63,450 nt of DNA from Octopus sinensis. Lineage: Eukaryota. Below the pieces are notes generated by a model. It was not told the DNA's origin, did not search any database, and worked only from the letters and a program-made list of their open reading frames with translations. This document shows, in pieces, positions 55,895-63,450 of this stretch (positions are counted from its first letter, which is position 1; each line of letters opens with the position of its first letter). Location: positions 1 to 63,450 of the forward strand of contig NW_021831869.1 in NCBI RefSeq assembly GCF_006345805.1, given 5' to 3'. Made by a program: the position numbers and the translations under genes.

Positions 55895-56570
55895 AACGGT
55901 TTCTAATTTTGCCACAAGGGCAGCAATTATGGGGGAGGGGATGTGTCAATTGTATCGATTCCAATGTCCATCTGATACTTAATTTATCGATCCCGAATGA
56001 ATGGACGGTAAAGTCGCCTCGGCGGAATTTGAACTCAAAACGTAGCGATCCTTTCAGCTCACCGCCTTAATAATAATAATAATGATAATAATAATAATAA
56101 TAATAATTAATAATAATAATAATTCTTTTCTACTAGAAGGACAAGGCCTCGAATTTGGGGGAAGAGATTAAGTCGATTACATTGACACCAGTGCATAACT
56201 GGTACTTATTTAATCGACCCCGAAAGGTTGAAAGGCAAAGGCGGAATTTGAACTCAGGACATAAAGTCAGTAGAAATATTGCTAAACATTTTATCTGACG
56301 TGCTAACGATTCTGCCAACTCGCCATCTTAGTAGTAGTAGTAGTAGTAGTAGTAGTAACACGAAGAAGAACTCTTTCTAATTTTGGCACAAGAGCAACAA
56401 TTTTGAGGGAGTATGTGAATCGATTATATCGACCACCGTACTTATTAATCGTTCCTTATTTCATAGACCCAGAAAGGGTGAAAGCCAATATCGGTGGTAT
56501 TTGAACTCAGAGGTAAAGACAGGCGAAATGCTGCTGTGCGTTCTGTCTGATGTGCTAATGATTCTGTAAA
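55895..56570 (-). mobile_element. Three tandem family A SINE copies separated by (AAT)n or (AGT)n
   Basis: Three colinear repeats of tail-core-head at ~55895-56070, 56125-56325 and 56375-56570. Confidence 0.82.
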
Positions 56571-57891
56571 TTGTTGTTGTCGTTGTTCTTGTTACACTTA
56601 TTAACCCAGTGGTTTAGAAGTGTTAGAGCGGTATTTGGCCAAGCTCTTTATATCCTGTATTCAGATCGCGCCTTTGTCACCTTTCATGTTTCCAGGGCCG
56701 ATAAAATATAGGCCCACGACTAGAATTATTCCAATCATCACCAGCTCCTCTTTATAGCCGTCCAAAAATTTGGACCTGGAGATTTCCATTTCCAGCGACT
56801 TCGAGGGCCACCTTCCAGTGGTGTCGGGCGTCAACGAAGAGCCCTCGACTACAACAAGATGACCAAAGTTTTTTTTCCAAGGTCTGGGATCTCTCGCCCT
56901 AGACCACCACCTAATCACCCTAACCCGTCTTGTTGCTTAACAACAACAACAAGACGTTATCTAGAACATTAACGAATTTATCGTTCTTCATTGAAAATAG
57001 TAGGGTGTGATTTAACGGATTATTTGGCTACTATTTCTTGTAGGTGACCACATTGAGAAACCTCTCATTCCACGCACATTTGAAGAGATTTAATAACTGG
57101 ATCAATAAAAAGATTTGCAGTAGAACAATAAGCATTCTTCCCTATACGTAGGCTTCATCGTTGGGCTAACATTTCGTATTGAGTGTAATGGGGTACGGTT
57201 TACTAAAGAGAGATATGTAAAGAAATCAGAGACCATTCTTCAGAAACCTGAGCTTGGCTTTTGAAACAGAAAGCAAGAATTACTCTGGAATGGTATTTTC
57301 ATTAGCATTATTGAAATTGCTAAATTTATAACAAGCAGTATGCCATTACAGAGTTTCAATGAGCTGTGTGTGTGTCTGTGTATTTATCTATGTAAATATG
57401 TATATGTCTATATTGTATACATATATTTATATGCTTGCACACTTACATATTATTTCATAGTGCACAGAAATACACATATGCACCGATGCGTGTGTATATA
57501 TATATATGTGTGTATATGTGTTTGTAGGTATGTATTCAATAAGCTGTATGCACACTGGGTAAGCTATATAATGTGTGTATGAGTGTGTGCAGACACGCAT
57601 CACTATGTTTCTGTATGTGTGTGTGTGTGTGTGTGTTGTGTGTAGCTACATATATAGAGAATGACCACTAATTGTCAGGAAAATGATCAACAATATTTGG
57701 TTAACAACGATGACGGTAGAAACACAAAGAAGGCGGCGGTGGTGGTAGTGGTGGAGGTTTGGGTGTCTGTTGTTGTGATAGCGTGAAGGTGACGGTGGTG
57801 GCTGTGATATCGATTGTGGTTAGTTGCGCAAGAATTTCCTTTTAAACCACTTTGTTCTTTCCTCCTGTTCTTTCATACATGCACACGCACG

Positions 57892-57923
<32 letters not shown>

Positions 57924-57931
57924 CACACACA

Positions 57932-57963
<32 letters not shown>

Positions 57964-58956
57964 ACACAAGAACATATGTGCACTCGTTCGACTTTTGCTA
58001 GAAATAGGCCCGAAAATGCCTCAAAATCACATTTTTGATATTTTTTTTTAAAAATAAAGCCTGTACTATGATTGATACAAACCGCCCCCCCCCCAAAAAA
58101 AGACCCATGTAATGAGTAACTGAGTTCAAATGTGTATCGCCCTGGGCAGCCCATGCCTTCCGGCCCTAGATAGACTTAAACACCAAACCCAAAGTGCCGC
58201 CCTCATGGCTGGAGTTTCTTTCATCATACCTTTCTTTTCTCAATCAAGGTTCATATGATTATAAAAGCTGACCCCCTCAATTATTCAGATACAGTGTCTC
58301 TCCCCTTCCTTTTCTCTCTTTCTCTCTCTCTCTCTCTCTTCCTAAATCTTCCTCTCTCTCTCTCCCCCTTCTCTTCCTCTCCCCTCTCTCTCGTTACTCC
58401 GAGTACACACACAATCTTTACCACAACATCGCTTTTTAACGTGTTCCATCCAATTCACTGCCTCGTAATTACAAAATTAGTTTATTTATTTTGTTCCTGT
58501 TTTTTGTTACTGTTGTTATTGTTTCTGTTGTTGTACAACTCAATGTTAAACAAGACTGAGTAGAGCTATGGTCAAAGGCGTTCCAGCCGTGGCAGTCTCA
58601 ATTTTTCTTTAATTATTCATTGCCTGTTAGCAATATCCAATACATTCTTTTATTTAATAGAGTATGATTTGAGGGAGTTTTCTCACCTATTTCTAGCAGG
58701 CTCTAGGTTGCATTGCGTGTAGAAAGCTATCAATGAGACAAAACCTCGATAGGGTTTCCTCTCTCAGTTAACACAAGTTCAGTTCATTTCCTCTTGGGGT
58801 GGTGGAAACATGAATCCCACAGCAATATAATTCCCTCGATCCGTCCTTCTTTTCTCTAAATTCTGGAGCATTTGTTACGGCCTAAATATAAATTGATGGA
58901 AAAAGGTTGACAGAAATCGGTAGAGCGTTGGTTAAAATGCTTTGCGGTATTTAGCT

Positions 58957-59180
58957 GGCAGAAACGTTAGCACGCCGGGCGAAATGCGTAGCCGTATTTC
59001 GTTTGCCGTTACGTCCTGAGTTCAAATTCCGCCGAGGTCGACTTTGCCTTTCATCCTTTCGGGGTCGATAAATTAAGTACCAGTTACGCACTGGGGTCGA
59101 TCGATGTAATCGACTTAATACGTTTGTCTATCCTTGTTTGTCCTCTCTGTGTTTAGCCCCTTGTGGGTAGTAAAGAAATA
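58957..59180 (+). mobile_element. SINE family A, young copy with 11-bp TSD, nested in an older family A copy
   Basis: GGTATTTAGCT occurs at 58946-58956 and 59181-59191. The host element continues on both sides (~58905-59295). Confidence 0.9.
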
Positions 59181-59312
59181 GGTATTTAGCTACTTCTCTT
59201 TACATTTTGAGTGCAAATCCCGTTGATATTCAATTTATATATCATTCCTGGGTCGATACAATAAATACCGTCAAATACAGCAGATCGATATAATCATCAG
59301 TTCACTCTTGAT

Positions 59313-59606
59313 CAGTGGTTCTTAACCATTTTTTTTTAATCTATGGACCCCCATTGATTCTTATTTTGTCCCTATCGACCCCCATAGCCATTCAATGTTT
59401 AAAAACCAGTTTATTAGATACTTCTTTCGAACTTCCTATTTTGTTGTTCACGTATTCACTTGTGTAGGTTTAGCTGGGTTTTTTCTTGCAATATATACAT
59501 CTAAGTCAAAATTTTCCATGAACCCTAAAATATAACTTGTGGATCCACAGTTTTTGATTGCGTAAACCCACAAAAATCTTATGGGGACCCCGTTTGAAAA
59601 ACACTG
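59313..59606. mobile_element. hAT/Charlie-type MITE; related copies at ~43958-44445 (with a SINE inserted) and ~50940-51030
   Basis: Imperfect TIRs CAGTGGTTCTTAACC and GTTTGAAAAACACTG. The internal block GGACCCC...CCCCCATAGCCATTCAATG is shared by all three loci. No TSD is visible. Confidence 0.6.
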
Positions 59607-59689
59607 CATTAGGCCCTTATTAACGACCTTGTGCTTATATTTCTAAATTAAAGTCACAAAGATTTCTGATGGAATAATTAAAGAACGTG

Positions 59690-60240
59690 TAGATGTCATA
59701 TTGTTTCTAAATGAAGGAAAAAGGCCAGTAATCTTTCAGGAAAAGGTGTTGAACGATACCATCAATACTTTATTTTATTAAGCTTCAAGGGCAAGGAGCA
59801 AGGCGGATCTCAGCCTCATTTGAACTGGAAAATCCTGGAGGGGCATGTTCCAAACTTAGGCATTAAAGTGAATTATAATGCAAGAGCTGGTAGATAGTAC
59901 TCAGCTTTCATACATACCACCTTCGAAGTCACGGGCAAAACACTCTATTACACCAGTCTAATATGTGGAGGTCCTCAGTTGATCAACGGCCTCCTTAAAG
60001 AAATCAAACATATAAAAGGGACCTCTGCTGAAACATTTAAAACAACATTAGATAAACTATTAGCGAGGCACCAGACCAGCCAACCATTTAAGGATACACT
60101 CAAATAAGATCAGCTTCTATGAACTCAATCATAGACCAGCTTCCAGACGTGAAGCAACGGCAAAACTTAAATAAGTCAAGGCGTTGCTTCAGCATGACCG
60201 CAATCCTTTGATTGAAACCATTAAAAGAACAAAAGAAAAA
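59690..60240 (+). mobile_element. Decayed 3' end of a CR1/L2-group LINE (ORF2 C-terminus plus 3' tail)
   Basis: Frameshifted peptides WKILEGHVPNLGI, GPQLINGLLKEIK, FKTTLDKLL, PDQP and RSASMNSIIDQ resemble CR1-group ORF2 C-termini as recalled. Confidence 0.75.
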
Positions 60241-60486
60241 AAAAAAGAAGCGGAAGAAATAGAGCGAGGCATTTTCCCGACTGTATTAAGATTCTACTAA
60301 TCCCGCACCTTTGATTACCAGACATATTAAAGATATGCGAAGTGGGTGCAGAATTAGGAGCTTCGAGATAAAGACTGTTCGAAAGGAATCAAGTAACTGA
60401 CCCGGTTTCAATTCTAGACTGACGCCAAGACATTCACGCTTGTTGCATTGCTTGCTGTTACTACTCTGCTTCTGTCTGTCTATCTG

Positions 60487-60525
<39 letters not shown>

Positions 60526-60582
60526 ATCTATCTCTATTCTCTATCTCTCTCTACTCTCTCTATCTATATATATCTCTCTCTC

Positions 60583-60633
<51 letters not shown>

Positions 60634-61186
60634 TGTTCCTTCTTCTACTGCGTGTACTTGTATATTTACCTGTCAGCCTGACTGGCAATATCTCTTTCCC
60701 TTCCAGTCTCCTTCTCTCATCTTAATGTTCAATATCGCACCCTTCTTTCTCTCTCTCTCTCTCTCTTTCTCTCTCCTCTATATTAATATACATACATAAC
60801 TCATACATACATACATACATGTGTGCGTATGTGTATACATATACATATATATATAGGCATGTATATTTACGCATGTCTATGAATGTATGTGTGTGTGTGT
60901 GTGTGTATATATATATTATATATATGCACATGTATGTGTATATATATGTATATGTACGTGTATATATGTATATGTGTGTATAAATTTATGTATATATTAT
61001 TATTATTATTATTATTATTATTATGCGTTCATGGAAAACATTAGTTGATCAACAGAATCTTCCACACATCTCTCTGCCGTCACCTTTGCAAAACAACACC
61101 AACAACAACATCAATGCCATGAAAAAAAATCAAAAAAAAAATCAACATAAAACATACAATCCCCCACACACACTGCTACAATCTGA

Positions 61187-61932
61187 GCACCACCACCACC
61201 ATCACCACCACCATCACCACCACCATCACCACCACCACCACCACCACCACCACCACCATCGCTAGCTGTAAGCACTTTAAACAACAATAGTCTCAGACAG
61301 TGGTTGAGGATAGCGTGATAGGAATCAATTGAGAATTATTCTTATCGATCCATTGTTTATTGATTGACGATGGGTTCAGTCTCCCGCTGCTGTTACTGTT
61401 GTTGTTGTTGTTGTAGTTGTTGTTGTTGTTGTTGTTGCTGTTATTGCTTGTTGTTGTTTTTTTCTTCTTCTTGTTTTATTACTTGTGGCACTTTTATTTT
61501 TTATTGGTGGAAAGGGCGTGTGGTGGTGGTGGTGGTGGTCGTGGTGGGGTTGGTAGTAATTTTCATTGTTATTGTTGTATTGTTGTCGTTCGTATGAGAT
61601 GTTTGTTGTTGTTGTTGTTATTGTTGCAGATTCGTTCTTTGTGTTTTGGGGGATTTTTTTTTTTCATGTTTTGTTGTTGTTATTGTTGTTGTTGTATTCC
61701 ATTTAATAGCATAACCGTGTTATTTTATAAATGGAAGACTATATCTGCTTTTATAGAGAAACCCTAGAGCTGGAGTAGTTTTTCCTCAACAACATTAATG
61801 TTTACTGCTGTTGTTGTTGTTGTTGTTGTTGTTATTGTGAACAGTGGTAGCGGTGGTAGTGGTATTGACAGTGGTGGTTGTCGTTGAGGTGTTGATGATG
61901 GTGGCGGTAGTGGTATCAACAAAGGTGGATGT

Positions 61933-61976
<44 letters not shown>

Positions 61977-62400
61977 GATGGTGGTGGAGGTGGCGATGGT
62001 GTTGGTGGTGGTGGTGGTGGTGGCGCCGGCGATGGTGGTGCTGGTGGTGGCGTCGGCGCCGGCGATGGTGGTGGTGGTGGTGATGGTGATGATGATTCTT
62101 AATGTGAAAACGATATTAACAAAGGTGGTTGTAGAGATAGATTTGGCGGAGGTGGTAGTGATGATGATATTAATGTTGATAGTAATGGCGGCGGTGGTGG
62201 TGGTGTGGTGGTGGTGGGTGGCGGCGGCGGTGGTTGGTAGAAACAATGGTATAAATGAAGATAATGATGGTGGTGGTCGTGGTGGTGGTTATGGTGGTGG
62301 CGTTTGGTCTTTTGCTGAAGTTGTGAAAGGTAATAATTCTTTCTTCGAGTGGTGGAGGTCGTGGTGGAATGGTGCCCGTGGAATAGAAGTATTGTGGTTG
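61187..62400. repeat. Trinucleotide-rich block: (CAC)n, (TTG)n and (GGT)n
   Basis: Seen directly in the sequence. Confidence 0.85.
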
Positions 62401-62756
62401 TAGTTACAATGGCGGAATGGGGGCCGAATCGGCTCTAGTTACGTGAGTGCTAATATTTTGTGGTAGTCAAGGTGGTGGCGGTGATTGTGATCGAAAGATT
62501 GTTGAGGTATCGTTATTCAGGGTGGTAGCAGTGGTTGAGGATGTGGCTGTTGCTGTTGCTGTCGATTTTAAGATGAAAATCACCCCAGCTGGAACTATCC
62601 CATTTTCCTATGCCTGAGAGTACATTATCCAGTGGGCCATTTAATTATGATGACGTGGAGTTTTAAAGGAAAAGATAAGCGAGAGTAGTAGTAGTAGTAG
62701 TAGTAGTAGTGGCATTCAGCGTTCCATGTACTGTTAGAGAATGAGCTGTTTTCTTG

Positions 62757-62758
<2 letters not shown>

Positions 62759-62789
<31 letters not shown>

Positions 62790-63064
62790 TGATGATAATA
62801 ACAATAATAATGATAATAATAATGATGATAATAATAATAATAATAATGATGATAATAATAGTAATGATAATAATAATGATAATAATGATGATAATAATAA
62901 TGATGATAATAATAATAATGATAATAATAATAATGATAATAATAATGATGATAATAATAATAATCATGATAATAATAATAATGATGATGATGGTAATAAC
63001 AATAATAATGATAATAATGATGATAATAATAATAATGATAATAATAATAATAATAATAATAATA
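62759..63064. repeat. ~300-bp (AAT)n array interspersed with GAT
   Basis: Seen directly in the sequence. Confidence 0.95.
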
Positions 63065-63270
63065 TTGGCTTCGAATTTTGCCGCAAGGGCAGCAATTGAG
63101 GGGTAGGGGATTACATCGACCCCCAGTGTTTCAATGGTACTTGATTTATCGACCATGAAAGGCAATGTCTGTCGACCTCGGCGGAACTTGAACTCAGAAC
63201 GTAGAAGCAGACGAAATACTGCTAAGCATTTCGCCCGGCGTGCTAACGATTCATCCAGTTCGCCGCCTTA
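63062..63270 (-). mobile_element. SINE family A, older subfamily, its tail abutting the long (AAT)n array
   Basis: TTTGCCGCAAGGGCAGC through CGTGCTAACGATTCATCCAGTTCGCCGCC. Confidence 0.85.
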
Positions 63271-63283
63271 ATCATAATTAATA

Positions 63284-63322
<39 letters not shown>

Positions 63323-63450
63323 CGTGGAGATGATACTGTGACACAGACACTAATATGAATGCAATCATACACTTAATACAGTGTCATATACTGTTTTTCT
63401 TTCTCTCTAATAGACATAAAACACACACACAAACACGCATACACACACAC

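Overview
This is AT-rich, microsatellite-dense animal genomic DNA, most consistent with an octopus (coleoid cephalopod). That assignment is inferred from the SINE families and repeat landscape, not from a database search. Only one convincing host coding exon is present: a 190-nt + strand exon at 6527-6716 encoding the first LIM domain of an Islet-family LIM-homeodomain factor. The ORF track misses it. No LIM2 or homeodomain exon was found by eye, so the remaining ~57 kb looks like one very long intron. That intron holds at least six SINE-like families, CR1-like and RTE-like LINE 3' ends, a decayed hAT transposase, MITEs and compound microsatellites. Nearly all listed ORFs are translations of simple repeats. 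The most notable unannotated signals are RNA structures. They include a near-canonical minimal hammerhead ribozyme on the Islet sense strand (54468-54515), a type I hammerhead fold with an A6G core change on the antisense strand (7384-7457), and a ~1.7-kb foldback 1 kb downstream of the exon with a nested near-perfect hairpin. A LINE 3' end also matches the tail of an abundant SINE family. Coordinates of decayed repeats are approximate and family names come from memory.
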